DNA of 63,943 nt, counting the filler, from Reticulomyxa filosa (Eukaryota > Protista > Foraminifera): NCBI GenBank assembly GCA_000512085.1. It is 18 parts of 18 records of this genome, joined end to end, with 100 filler letters (N's around TTAATTAATTAA, not from the genome) between each part and the next. Parts side by side here need not be neighbours in the genome. Positions count along the whole stretch, not along the records: positions 35,412 to 38,162 come from ASPP01017204.1; positions 38,263 to 42,082 come from ASPP01032802.1; positions 42,183 to 44,011 come from ASPP01011519.1; positions 44,112 to 49,436 come from ASPP01001158.1; 14 more parts are not named here. One strand, written 5' to 3'. The notes under the pieces are model-generated. The model was not told where the DNA came from. It was given only the letters and a program-made list of their open reading frames with translations, and made no database searches. This document shows, piece after piece, positions 35,899-48,759 of this stretch (its first letter is position 1; the number at the start of each line of letters is the position of its first letter). The translations under genes and the position numbers were made by a program.

Positions 35899-37600
35899 AT
35901 GCAATCATTGCAAAGGCATTGTTTATTATCACGTTCAAAATATTGTATAAGATCAGTTTCAAAGCTAACAAACCGAAACTTTACGGTAAACACTTTACCA
36001 CCACACTTGATTCCATCGAGTCTACAGAGACTAGCAAAGAAAAGGAACAAGGATTGCCTGTTCCAAGAAAAGAGAAAGAAAATGAAACATCAGTTCCAAT
36101 AATAACAAAATGGGCAAATGTATTGAAAGTGTCGGAAAACAAGCTGATTCCAGTGTTGAGTGAAAATCCAGAGCTCTATCTATTGGATACCCAAACAGGT
36201 AAAATAGAATGCAGAACATTCGAGACAAAAAGAGAAGAAAAAAAAGTATTTGAAAAATTGATTAATAAAAGTAATAAACATTTAAAACAAAAAAGATTTG
36301 ATTCCACGAATGCAATATCTGACAAATATATTTGGTGGTGAAAAAAACGTATTGAATATGTTTTTTGCCGAGCCAAAGATAATGCTTTATTCGGTGTTAG
36401 AAATAAGAAACAAAGTGAGTGAAGTTAACAACGAATTGAATAAGTATTTGCAGTCGGTGGAAATGCAAGAACCAAATAAGCCAAAAATGTCATTGGACAG
36501 AGCGAGACGCAAACGCGGTAAAATGACGATGGAAAATGCAAAGGTAGGAGCGAAAGAAGCATATATCATGGACCTAATTCAAAAACAGCCCACAATACTC
36601 ATTCAAGATACAGATCATATGCTTTTGCCTCGAATTCATTTCCTCCAAAGCTATTTAAAACCAAGCCATTTTGTTCAATTAAGTATTCAATTGCCTTCCA
36701 TTATTCAAATGGAATTGTCAAATTTAATTCGAATTGCCTTCCTTGCACAAGTCGTTACTGTATACATATATACATATATATGTATATATTTATTTGCAAA
36801 GAGAACAAACACTATAAAATAAATTGTCAAGATCAATTATATATATGCATATACATATATATATATATATATATATAATCTAGTTTGAAGGAAAAAGTGA
36901 TTTGAGCGTAGACATGGGAAGCGATAACACTAACAAGAACAAGAGCAATGATAATGATAATGACAGTAACGAGGGTAACGCATTGGGACATTTAAGTGAT
37001 TTGACAAAAGAGCAATTAGATAGTGCCGGCAAGCTGAGATTAAAAGATACTACACAGTTAGAATACTGGAAACGATATCGATACTTGTTTGCACGTGCTG
37101 CACAAATATCAAAGCGTGATGAGGGTGATTCAAGTGGAAGTGGTAATAGCACAATTGAAAATGCCCCTTGTTCGGATTGGGTCAATGCATTGTCTCTGAT
37201 TTTACGTTGGGATGCGTCCGTTGTTTACGAAGTATTCCATCCTTATTACCATATTTGGTTGCATAAACTTATTGATGATCATTATTATACAAATCCATTA
37301 TTGCTTAAACAAAATTTTTCTTCTCGCAATTTCATTGATTTTCCAAACACTTCGTCACAACTACTTTTGTCACAGAATGATGTTTTAACTGCTGCTCTTT
37401 TTAAACCCTTGGACCCAAATGACATATCTCAAAAGCAATGTGATACCAACGTTCAAAATTGTGATTCAAAATATACACTCTCTCAGCATGTCTCTGTTAA
37501 AGAACTAGAAGAGTGGGTGTCAGATATTTTCAGATCACAATGTTTACAAAACACTCTATTTGATTCATCTTTTCAGTTTGGACAGGACACTTGCCGTTAA
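35899..37600 (+). CDS. mTERF-family protein with a putative mitochondrial presequence
   Basis: mTERF-like repeats NPELYLLDTQT|DLIPRMQYL, EPKIMLYSVLEIRNKV and QPTILIQDTDHMLLPRIHFL. Arg/Ser-rich N-terminus lacks acidic residues. Introns 36199-36295 and ~36760-36882 keep frame. Confidence 0.7.
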
Positions 37601-38789
37601 CTCTGCTAAACACAATCTTTTTTTTTAAACTTGTTATCCATAACAATTCAAACTTTGCAAATGGACTATCCAAGTTTGAAAAAGATTTTGCATGGAAAGA
37701 AAGACTGTGAATTAAACTTAATTCCATTTTCAATTAGAAACAACATGAAAGTTACTCTTGATACAAAAAGAATCAAATTTGGTATTAAAGAAACAAGACC
37801 AATGACATTTTCCAACCAGCACTACATTTATCATTGTGATCATGCCCATTTACCTAAATGAATACATTCAATGAAAAATGAAATCAAGTATTACGCTTTA
37901 TGCAAATTTTCCAAATTTGTTTTTCAAAATCTTGTTCAAATTTTTGATAGGTCGGTTAAGGATGAGGTATTCTTGTTTTAAGATATTCTAATAATGGAAT
38001 CATTAAAGTACCATAAATAGTAATATCATCAAAGATTGGATTCATACTTATTAAATCCCATAATTCATCATTATTTACACCCAATTTGTTTTGTTTAAGT
38101 AATTTGATCTCGTTTTTTTGCATTATATCTTCGACTAATTGATTGCATTATATTATCTTCTTNNNNNNNNNNNNNNNNNNNNNNNNNNNNNNNNNNNNNN
38201 NNNNNNTTAATTAATTAANNNNNNNNNNNNNNNNNNNNNNNNNNNNNNNNNNNNNNNNNNNNCATCATAAGATATCGTTTTAGGCGTTCAGTTTTCTTTG
38301 CAACCTACTGTAGTATAATATTTTAATGTTGTTTGCATTTCAATATAACATCATTAACAAAGAGCTGTTTTTTTAATTATTCAAGTTTAGATTACGAAAC
38401 TGATAATATGACAAAGCTATGAAATGAATGAAATAGACATGTATTTTTATGTAGATGTTTAGAATCCTACTTATTGCAAAATAAGAGTAGTCAGTTTTAT
38501 TACTTCAAAAATGCAAATCAATCTCTCAATTTTGCTTTTGATAACAATATTTGCATCATATTAATAAAGCATAACAACAGATTAAACTAAAATATTCTTT
38601 CTGACTAATATATGAATGGACTTTAATTACATAAAAAAAAATGACAACAGTGAATAGTATAGATTAGTCATTGATTTAGGTATTGATGGAAATTGTTTGT
38701 ACGTCGATTATATAAAAATACTTCAAATATTCCTCCTTAAAAAAAAGGGTTGCCACTAACATTTCAAAGAAAGGTTCATTTAACACCTA

Positions 38790-39860
38790 CTCAAGCCAAC
38801 AATGTCTTTTAAAGTTTGACTCAATTACCAAAAGCATTCGCGCATCCACAATGTATTTTATTCAAGGATGAACTCTTTCTTTGTTGATGAGTTGGAATTA
38901 AGTGCTGTCACTCTTACCACACTATTAAACAACAATACAAATATATCTGCTCTTATCCAAATGAAGTTCAATTCAATGGACATTGCGTTGTATAAATGAT
39001 TCAAACCCAAATGAAATCCATTTATTAACTTTTGGAGGACAAGATAAAAATTTATTGAAACAAATCTTTTTAATGAAGTATAAAAGTGTATGTAAAGTGA
39101 ATGAAAGTATTCAGAGTGATTCCAAAATTGACAATCAATCTTTCAATACTTGAATCAAACATAATCAAAATACTACTATTGCAAGATTTAAAAATAATTT
39201 AAAGGAGCACGTGGAGCGATTGTTGATTCCAAAATTGACAATCAATCTTTCAATACTTGAATCAAACATAATCAAAATACTACTATTGCAATGAAACAAT
39301 TGAACGGAATCAAAAATAGCATAATGCCAATAAAAAAAGACAAATTTGGAATTAGTTATCATTGTTTTGTGCCATTGACAATGAATAAAGAAAAAATGAT
39401 CAATCATTTCATATTATTTTGTTACAACACAGGATTATTAATCAAATATGATGAAGAAAGCCAATCATTTGATTATAACAAATTACCAATTTGTCCTGCT
39501 TTGAAGGATTTCAATTATTATTCATTTGTTTAAATCTATGATTATATATTTTTATTTGGAGGATGGAATGGAGTCAAAAAAAAAATAACACGAACTGTGT
39601 ATACGCATTTAATGAAAGAGGGAACATAGAACGAATGTAAATTCACTTTGCCAATGGAAATTTATGCATCGTTTGCAATTTTGAGTGGTGGTTATATGAA
39701 TATTCATATCATTGGTGGATTTAATGCAAAAAGTGAAGAACATGATATGAATGTAAGTGTGAATGTAAATCAGTTATTTGAAACAGCAGAATTATCGAAA
39801 ATGCAATCGATATATGATTAAAAAAAATGAAATTGGAAAGATCATACAATATTCCAATTG
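38790..39860 (+). pseudogene. Kelch-like beta-propeller pseudogene (Reticulomyxa-type expanded family)
   Basis: LPKAFAHPQCILFKDEL...HSYHTIKQQYKYICSYPNEVQFNGHCVV...LLTFGG...YHCFVPL...LFGGWNG...IHIIGG, with many stops and frameshifts. Confidence 0.75.
39117..39291 (+). repeat. Perfect 68-bp direct repeat (39117-39184 and 39224-39291)
   Basis: TGATTCCAAAATTGACAATC...TACTACTATTGCAA occurs twice. Confidence 0.95.
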
Positions 39861-39969
39861 AAAAGAATAGGATGAACTTAAAAACTACGGATGGACAAAG
39901 GATCGAAGAGTACTGGTCGAAGTCAGCAGCAATCAAATGGAATTGTTCACGTTGGCACATCTGACATCG

Positions 39970-40533
39970 AATGATATATATTATCACAAGTCCAAACAAA
40001 TGTATGACTTACTCGCACAAATGGAAAAGCCATTTGATTGTATGGATGCCTAATTTTCATTTTAATATAAAATATATAAATTTATACAATATGTACAATA
40101 TATATATGTATGTGTTGTTCTTATGTTCTACTTTCATCTTGCTAAATACTACCACTTTATATCTCTATTTGGAAATACTCACACACACTTGACCCCAGAA
40201 TCAATTCAGTTTGACAACAAAGGCTAGGATGTGAAAGCGCCTCGCTATCAGTTGCGTCAGGAGACAATCGAGTCTTTATATATAATGTTTTCTGTAACTG
40301 GCAACCAACAGTATCGCGAGTGGGTATGGACCGTTTTCCAATCTATTCAACAATACTGTCGTACTGAAGTTGATTACAGTGTCATTAATGATGTTCGGGA
40401 TATGCTCCCTATTCAAGACAATAAAATGGACTCTTTTGTCATGGCAAAGACCTTCAAATATATCTATTTACTTTTTGATGAACATGCAGAATCACTCATC
40501 CCATTCGCAAATTCAAATTGCTTTCGTTACTGA
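39970..40533 (+). pseudogene. GH47 class I alpha-1,2-mannosidase C-terminal fragment, degenerate
   Basis: YQLRQETIESLYIMFSVTGNQQYREWVWTVFQSIQQYCRT...MDSFVMAKTFKYIYLLFD versus consensus LRPE...REWGW...ESFFLAETLKYLYLLF. Conserved residues are changed and there are in-frame stops upstream. Confidence 0.85.
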
Positions 40534-41117
40534 GCTTGTAAAAAGATTGTGATATACGTATAATTGGTGAAGTACATTTATAGTAATACGTATAATAATA
40601 ACTTACTATAAGACAAATACTTGGAGAATATGTAGTCTCATTTAATAAAAGCCATTAACGTTGTCCATAAACGATCAATGTTTAATATTTCAGGCTATCT
40701 TGAGGAAGATGAAATTTCTATGGCAATTTTATCCAATCGACCCACTCGCTTTAAAATGTTAGATTGTGAAACACAAGTATGTCTTCTGTTCACTCTTTTT
40801 GCTGTTTTCAATGTAATTTATTAAGACAAAAATTCATGTGACAAAATGTCACTTGTAATATTTATTGATTGTCGATTTGTGAAATAAATAATGATTAATA
40901 TTTTTTAAAAAGTTTTTTAAAGTATTTTGTAATTGAATGCTGTTATTTGTTAGTCTTTCAAAGACATAAATCAAACTTTGTTTTCATAATTTTTAAATGT
41001 AGAGCAAATTTAAAAGTTATGTTAAATCTCTCGTTTAAAACAGCAACATACAAATTTACAGAAAACTCCTGTACAAAGAAGTTCTAGATATTATATGTGA
41101 ATAATCGACATTATTCT

Positions 41118-41342
41118 TGTAGGGAAGTCCCTATTATAGTATCTGAATGTCAACGGAACGGAGGAATCCCCAGTATGTTCAACTTCCTCGACAACTTACT
41201 TCTTACTTTTCTTTACCTTTCCTTTTGTTATTTCGTTTTATTATTTTATTTACTTTCGTTTTACGAAAAATCCTATTCTCTTTTAAGTAAACATATCTAG
41301 TATTACAGTTAGTGCACCAATACTATCAGCGGACGTCCTAAA
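41118..41342. mobile_element. Degenerate copy of the solo-LTR/MITE-like element
   Basis: Starts TGTAGGGAAGTCCCT; colinear with the reverse complement of 44303-44525. Confidence 0.7.
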
Positions 41343-42195
41343 AAATTTCAAATTAAATTCAAAAAGCATCAGAAAATAAATAAATACGTGAAAATCTTCA
41401 ATTCTATCATTAGAAACATTAAAAATATTAAAGCAGTATAAGAACCGTTCTTTACAAAGCAGGATGATTTACTGTTAAAACACAAGATGTGATTTATTTC
41501 AGCTAGAGATCAAAAAAACGTAATTTATAATTAATTGATTTAATCTAAAAACAAAAAGTTAACAAAACAAAGCCGTGTTGTCGTGCGCAAACGACAAGCT
41601 TTTGCTAGGGTGCTATCTCGGCCGAGAGGAAATCCTATTAAAATAATCGCGTCATTGTAAAAATGGCCAATGGATTGTATGGAGATATTAGATGTTCTGA
41701 ACAGCTCTCGCACTCACAAGCGGCCAACATATTTCTTATGAATCAAGTGACATATATGTCAGAGTCTGATTTTGTCGAAATACTTTCTCGTGACTTTAGG
41801 ACGATATGGCATCATTCGTACAGCTTTAGTGGCAAGCCACTTGTGCATTACTCAGTTCTCAAACAAACATTTTCCAAAAAAACGAAGACGTTGTAAACAC
41901 AAAAAAGACTGATGATTGAATAAAAAACAAGCAAAAGTTTACAATGGGATGGGTGTTATTGTGTGTGTGTGATATTTTCCAGATTGAAGACAAAAAGTTT
42001 TTTTTAGAATTGGAAGTTTAATTTCGGGCCACATATTTCACTGTCGTTGTTGTTATTTTGTTAAGGAGAGATGGGAGGGGGGNNNNNNNNNNNNNNNNNN
42101 NNNNNNNNNNNNNNNNNNNNNNNNNNTTAATTAATTAANNNNNNNNNNNNNNNNNNNNNNNNNNNNNNNNNNNNNNNNNNNNAAAAAAAAAGAGG

Positions 42196-42227
<32 letters not shown>

Positions 42228-42235
42228 CAATATCG

Positions 42236-43919
42236 ATTAGGTGAGTATGACAAATGCTATGCACACATAAGCAACTTTCGTAAGAAAGAAAGCAATCGCA
42301 TTGATGTAATGACAAACGAAATTGCATCATTGATTAGTTTGTCCAAAGCATCAACTGCTGTCACTGAATACCAAGTTATTCCATGTTTTATTTTATCCTT
42401 ACTTTATTGCAAAAAAAAAAAAAAAAAAAAACAAAAAATTTTACAAACACAAATGGGATTCATAGAAAGATATGGAAAAGTGGAACAATTGCGATTTCGT
42501 GTTTAACCTTGCTTTGGCGTTGATTGTTTCCAATCGAGCTAAAGATGCTCTACGATTGATCTCCACCACTTACAGTTTGACACAAAGAAATGAATACATA
42601 ACATATATATGTAATATATATGTACATATATATATATATATATATATTTATTTATTTATATTTTGTCGACAAATATCAAAACAAAAATGAATAAACAAAA
42701 AAAAAAAAAAGTGAAATGTGTTTGTGGACAGAGGGATGCGAAAAATCTATGAAAGAGTCGGATGAATTTGACGACGATGAGATTGCCAGTGAAATGGCTC
42801 GCTTGAGCATGTTACAAGGCATTTGTAATCATTTGTTGAATGACTTTGACAATGCCAAATTAATCTATGAAAAACTTAGACAATCCAATCAGTTCTTTGT
42901 GTGTGTGTATGTTTTGCAATCAACTCTACATTAAATATATACATATATATATATATATGTATATATATATAATGTACCGTGTATTAAATAACACGCTCAC
43001 ATATACACATATATACACACGCATATCCACATAAAAAGTCTTAGCGACAAATGGGTAAAAGGAATCTTAAACAATAACTTGTATCTGCTGAATCGCAAGG
43101 CGTATAACTTGCACCAAACATTAGAAATCCATGAATCATTGTTTTCAAAAGACCAACAACGCGTGAACCCAATGAGCCATTTTGGCCGTTTGGGCGACCG
43201 AAATGACAACGAGTCGACACAGCAAATGCAATGGAAGGCGTTGAACAACCGTGTCTATTATTTGCTGCGCGCCAAGCAACTGCTTCAAACCAAACACGTT
43301 GTGGACGAAATGAAACTGCAAACGCCTGATTGGTCCACTTGTGAAGCGCTAGTTTTGTTGCAGGTGGCTCATGACATTGCGTTGCACAAATATGAAAAGG
43401 CATCTGTCCTTTTGTCGCAATTCATCGTCAATGCCAAGAAACAAAACCACCCTTATTCCATTCAATCCATTCAGTTGTTGTTGCAATTGTTGGTCAAATT
43501 GAGACGATTTAAAGAAGCCATTCAGTTTTGTTTTATTTTTATTTTTTATTTTTTATTTTTTTTTTGAAGAAGGAAGAAGAGTGGTTCTGAATGTTGAAAT
43601 GTGATCTAGTGTTGCTCACGCAAATGAACAGCTGTTCACTCATCCCGTAATTGTGTTAAAACTTGTGGACATTGCACGTGCGTGCGGAGACGAAGGCTTG
43701 TTGAACGACACCGTCGACAGCTTGCTGAAACATTGGAGCCAGACAAAGACTCCTTTGTCCAAAAACGTCTTGTTGGAACTGAAACTGACCAAATGTCAAT
43801 TACTGCTTCGAAAAGGTCTCGCGCAAGACGCGCTCGCTCTCATGAAATCGGTACCAGAAAAAGATCACTTGAAGGTCAAGGCCATGAATGCTATCATTGC
43901 TGTCCATTTGTTGAGTTGA
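42236..43919 (+). CDS. SRP72: Signal recognition particle subunit SRP72 (TPR region), partial, multi-exon
   Basis: LGEYDKCY...TNEIASL; FVFNLALALI...; EIASEMARLSMLQGICNHLLNDFDNAKLIYEKL; ILNNNLYLLN. These parallel SRP72 YDECL...TNLSAV, YNTACALI, AELAIIHGQMAY...EALQLYNQII and VIANNIITIN. Confidence 0.7.
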
Positions 43920-44302
43920 GAATTACTTGCACGAGGAGAGGAAGAAACATAATATTAAATCAATACATACATATAATATATGTATATACATATATATACA
44001 TATATATATATNNNNNNNNNNNNNNNNNNNNNNNNNNNNNNNNNNNNNNNNNNNNTTAATTAATTAANNNNNNNNNNNNNNNNNNNNNNNNNNNNNNNNN
44101 NNNNNNNNNNNGAAGTCAAAGAAAACTCGTAACAAGCTACACATAACGATCTTGCTCAGAATATCTAAAATAAGTTCCATAAAAGCAGTGTTGCATTTTT
44201 TCTTCCGTTTTTTAATCAATGTCTTAAAGGTCTTTTTTTATCACTGTGCCATTTTTTAGCGAAAATAAACGCTCTCATCGTTTTTTAAAAAAGTATCAAT
44301 AT

Positions 44303-44525
44303 TGTGGGGAGTCTGCTGGAGAATCTGTACTAAATGTAATACGAAAGGAACTTAGTTCCAAAAGAACAATTTCAATAAAAGGAAAGTAAATTAAAGAGAA
44401 TTAATGACAAAAGGAAATTAAGAAAAGACAAGGAAGTAAGAAGTAGTTAACTGAGGAAGTTTAACCAAAGGGAGCTCCTCACTTCCATACAAGTTCAAGT
44501 ATGTGTGATAAGGGCTTGCCCTACA
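44303..44525. mobile_element. 223-bp solo-LTR or MITE-like element with an ATAT target-site duplication
   Basis: ATAT|TGTGGGG...CCCTACA|ATAT: TG...CA ends, 7-bp imperfect inverted termini, TSD at 44299-44302 and 44526-44529, second copy at 41118. Confidence 0.8.
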
Positions 44526-44972
44526 ATATGTATGTCACTATTTTGATGAACAAAAGCATCAAACAATATTTTTTGTCACAAAGAAAGACGTAAACCACCA
44601 AAACTTTAAATTTTTGACATAGTCATTTTCCCAATTATCAAGATTTCAAGTTGTCTAAGTGAAGCCGTCGATAATACCCATTTTCGGTGGTACTGGAAGA
44701 GAAAGAAAAAATAAGAAAAAAACAACACAATATTAAAATATAACACGGAATCTGGTGCCCACGGGAAAAAACAATAAAAGAAAATCAACTTCATGTTTAA
44801 AGATCAACAAAAAACAAAAAAAAAGCGGAAGAGGGGAGAAAAAAAAGAGAATGTACATGATGAGTTATCAACCTATACAATGTTTATGATGGCTCGTATA
44901 TATTGAGCCTTAGTAGGAAAAAGAAAAGTTACTAAAACTATTCCATAAAACTTCATCTGAGTTGGTTACTGT

Positions 44973-47743
44973 TCACAAGGAGTCAACTTTCAGTTGCATG
45001 CCTGCATGTTCTTGAGCGAGACGTGCAGGCACGTCAGCAATATCCCGTTGATGGATATCAGTTAAATCATTTGATGTCAATTCTTGTGTTAATACACTAG
45101 AATCTCCGCGTGGATGAAATGATTCCTGTCCTCACAATTAAAAACAAGAAAATGACGAATATAACAAAAAAAAATAAAAAAATAAAAAAAAAAAAGGAAC
45201 AAAACCTTAAGACCAACGAAGGCGGTTCTTTTGGAGGAGCTCTTGCGCTCAGTATAAGTGGGCCTTGTAACAATGAGTTTGTATGGGTGCCCGATCTTGT
45301 ATGATCATTTTCAGAAATATCAAGAGAAGGATCATTCAATCGATGTAAGTTAATAGTGAAAGAGTTTGTTTTCCAGTGTGGAGTCTCATGGGGTTGGTGC
45401 TCATCATTAACATGAGGAAATTTATTGAGACCATGATTTTCAGTGAGTTCATTATGAGCCGCTGCTTCATGTTCGGGAATGGTGACATTGGTAAGAGACA
45501 TTCCCTGCTGCGTTGACATGGGCCATTTTTTTTTAATTCTACTTGTCCGTCTATTTGCATGGAAAAGATGGCCGTTCCCGTTCGTCGCATTGATGTATTC
45601 CGCATTCATTGCAACGGAAGGAGTTTGATTTTCAATATCGTTATTGTGTAGAGGAGAAGTAAAACTCGGCCTCTCTTTCGATGAAATGACAGTTTCGAAT
45701 GGCTCTGCAAATGTTACCAAAGGCCTTCGCTTTGCTCCTGTTTCCACGTTTTGTTCAAATCGATTGTCCTCTTCGTCGTCTCTGGACTCATTTTCCGTGT
45801 TTTGTGAATGCGAAGCCGACTCTCTCCGCACTTGGTAGTGGACATGCTGTTCCAAATCGCCCGTATCACTTTGCATGCTATTTTCGTGATCGAATTTGTG
45901 ACGCGTCTGAATGTGGGTATTGTCCTTATCCATCGCGGGTAAATGCGCCACTGTTGCCAACGGAGGGACTGATGTCAATGTCGGGTGACCATAAAAAGGC
46001 TCTATCTTGCTGAGATGCGCTGCGCCCAGCACATAATTGGGCTGACCGGGAGGGGGCGGTGGCAGCACCATTGGAGTTTGTAATGGCCCATTGTCTGACG
46101 TATCGCCGGTGAGACGAGGAGGACTCTGCAGTTTCACAATTCAAGCAAATGCAAATTAATTTCGAATGCATTGTAAAAATAAATAGAATCAAACAAAATA
46201 AATAAATAAATAAATAAATAAATAAATATTATTTATTTATTTATTTATTTATTTATGTGTACCATATAGATAGGCATAATCAAATAATCATTTATTTGTT
46301 AAGTTATTTCACAACTGGTGAGGTGAGAATGCTCAGCTGACTGTTTAAAGCAGACGGACGTGGAGGCTCATTGCTGCTCCATTGGGGCGGCAGCTTGGCT
46401 GGATTGCTTTTGTTGTTTTGCAACACATGCATCGACACGATATTGCCTTGCTCATTTTGGTGTGCAATAACGGGCTCGTAATGTTGGATGGAAACGCGTT
46501 TGATCCCGTTGGTGTTGTGTTCGCTTTGGAAACTCCTTTCTTCGTCGTACGACAGTTCGTCGTCCTTTTGAACGGGATAGTCTTCAATAACGGTTTGATC
46601 ACTGTACTTGTAATGCGGCATTTTGCGCGCGTTTTCTTGCGGCAGATGCATGGACAGTGTGTCACCGTGGAACAACGTGGTTTGAGCAGTCGTCGCGTGT
46701 TGATGCGACACGGGACGTGGCCGTTGTGCAGCAGGTGATGAATCAGAGTGTGAGCGAGACTCCGACTGTGAGCTCGAATGTGAGTGCGAGTGCGAGTGCG
46801 AGTGCGAGTGTGAGTGTGAGTGCGAGTTTGACTGCTGATGTCGAGTCGTCGTCACCACATCAGCGTTGTGGTAATCTGTTCCAACTGATTTCCAAAACAA
46901 GTTTAGATGTTTAATCAATTGCATCACGAACATAAACAAATAAATAAATAAACAAATAAATAAATAAACAAATAAATAAATAAATAAGTATATGAAATGA
47001 ATAAATAATCACCTTTTCTATTCAAATGGTTGGAGTTATTGATATGCTTTGGATCATTGCTTACGCTTTGCAAGGGACGAGAGGAGTAGATGACAGGATG
47101 GCCCTGCGACAATGGCAAAGGACGAACGTCGTCAGTATCCGGTTGCTCGTGTATAATCATTTGGCGTTGCTCTTCGAAAGGCAAGTTGTTGTAGAACTTG
47201 GTGGACGGCAAGTTCAAATCGCTCAGACGCAAAGCGAAAACAGGCTTTTGGTCGCTGTCATGATGAACGGCCGAAGGCGTACTGTGCATTGTCCCGCCGT
47301 TGGAATAGTCAAATGTCAATGCAGTGGCCTTGGTGGTACCAGTAGTGGTCACTGTTCCTGTTGTAGTACCAGTGCCCGTGCCAGTGGCAGTGGCAGTGGC
47401 AGTGGCAGTGGCGGGACCAGAGCTAGAACCAGGTCTATTGCCAGTGCTACTGTTTCTGGCCCTTTCCTGCTCTTTCTCCGTCTCTTTGTTCCGAATTGCA
47501 GTGCGATTGTCCCTTTGCTGGACATGTGGCTGCGGCACTTGAGGAAACAACTGCACATTTGCGAATGGAATAGCGTTGTCGTTGCTCTGTTTGGTCGTGG
47601 AATTGCTATTTTTTTGGACCAGTGTAACTGTGTTTTCGTCAATTCTATCGTTGTTATTATTATTGTTATTATTACGATTGTTGTTGTCATCACGATTATT
47701 AAGATTGTGATTATTGTTAAAGTTATATTGATTGTTAAGATTA

Positions 47744-47784
<41 letters not shown>

Positions 47785-48718
47785 GTTATTGTTATTATTT
47801 TGGCTGTTACGCACGGAAGAAGAATGGAACTGTTTGAGCCTGGGCAGGCCAGAGGCATTATATTCCTCCAAGTCGTGTGTTTCAGACGGATTGACAAAGG
47901 ACTCTTCCTGTGTCCTGTTTCGATTGGGCAAAGGCCACATATCCTTTTTCGCGCTTTCATTGCGAGGCCTTCCTCGTTCGAGCGGCTGTTCGTCATAGGC
48001 TCGCATGGGCCTGGCGGGATGAGGATGGGACTCTTCCTGTTGGACATTCGAAGAATTGGACCCCTCCAATACGAGTTGCGGTGCAACCAGGAATGGATTG
48101 GGCTGCGATGATGACGGGGGATTGCCATTTGGCAAAGGCAGCGGAGGAATCACAGGATACGGCGACGCGCTCGACGACGACGGCGGTTCTTGTGTCACCA
48201 CTGTCATGGTATTGCTATGAAATCGACTATCTTTTGCATCCGGCAATATCTGCAAAGAGTGATCCGTCGCGGATTTGGGTAAGACGGGTCGGTTCATTGT
48301 CACAGGAGTGTGGAGGTTATTATTATTGTGTTTATTGTGATTCGAATAATTGTTGGCGGGCAATGGGACAATTGTGTCCATTGTTTTTTTGTGTTCGGCG
48401 GTGGCGGGTTGAAACTGTGTCCACGAATCTGTTAACGCCGTTGAGTCACCGCTGCGAAGTGAAGGAGAGAGTGGTGCCACCACTTTGCCTGGGTTGTTAC
48501 TGATCGCCGATGCCAATTCATTGTGTTGATGCATGTACTCGGCAAGTCCATTCATTCGCTCACCATTTTCCATTGCAAAGTCAATCTCGCCTGGTCCACC
48601 AATCACCTTCCGCATTGCTACGGGACGTCCAAATTCGTCGTAAAGTATCTCCATTGCTGCGCTGTTTCGAGTTCTTTTTTTTTTTTTTAATTTGTACAAC
48701 CATTAATTACAAAGTACA

Positions 48719-48759
<41 letters not shown>

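Noticed and set aside
47026-48111. Long antisense ORFs rich in I/L/V/Y (also 5917-6597, 22527-22883, 63097-63345)
   Set aside because: Shadow frames of trinucleotide-repeat coding regions on the opposite strand.
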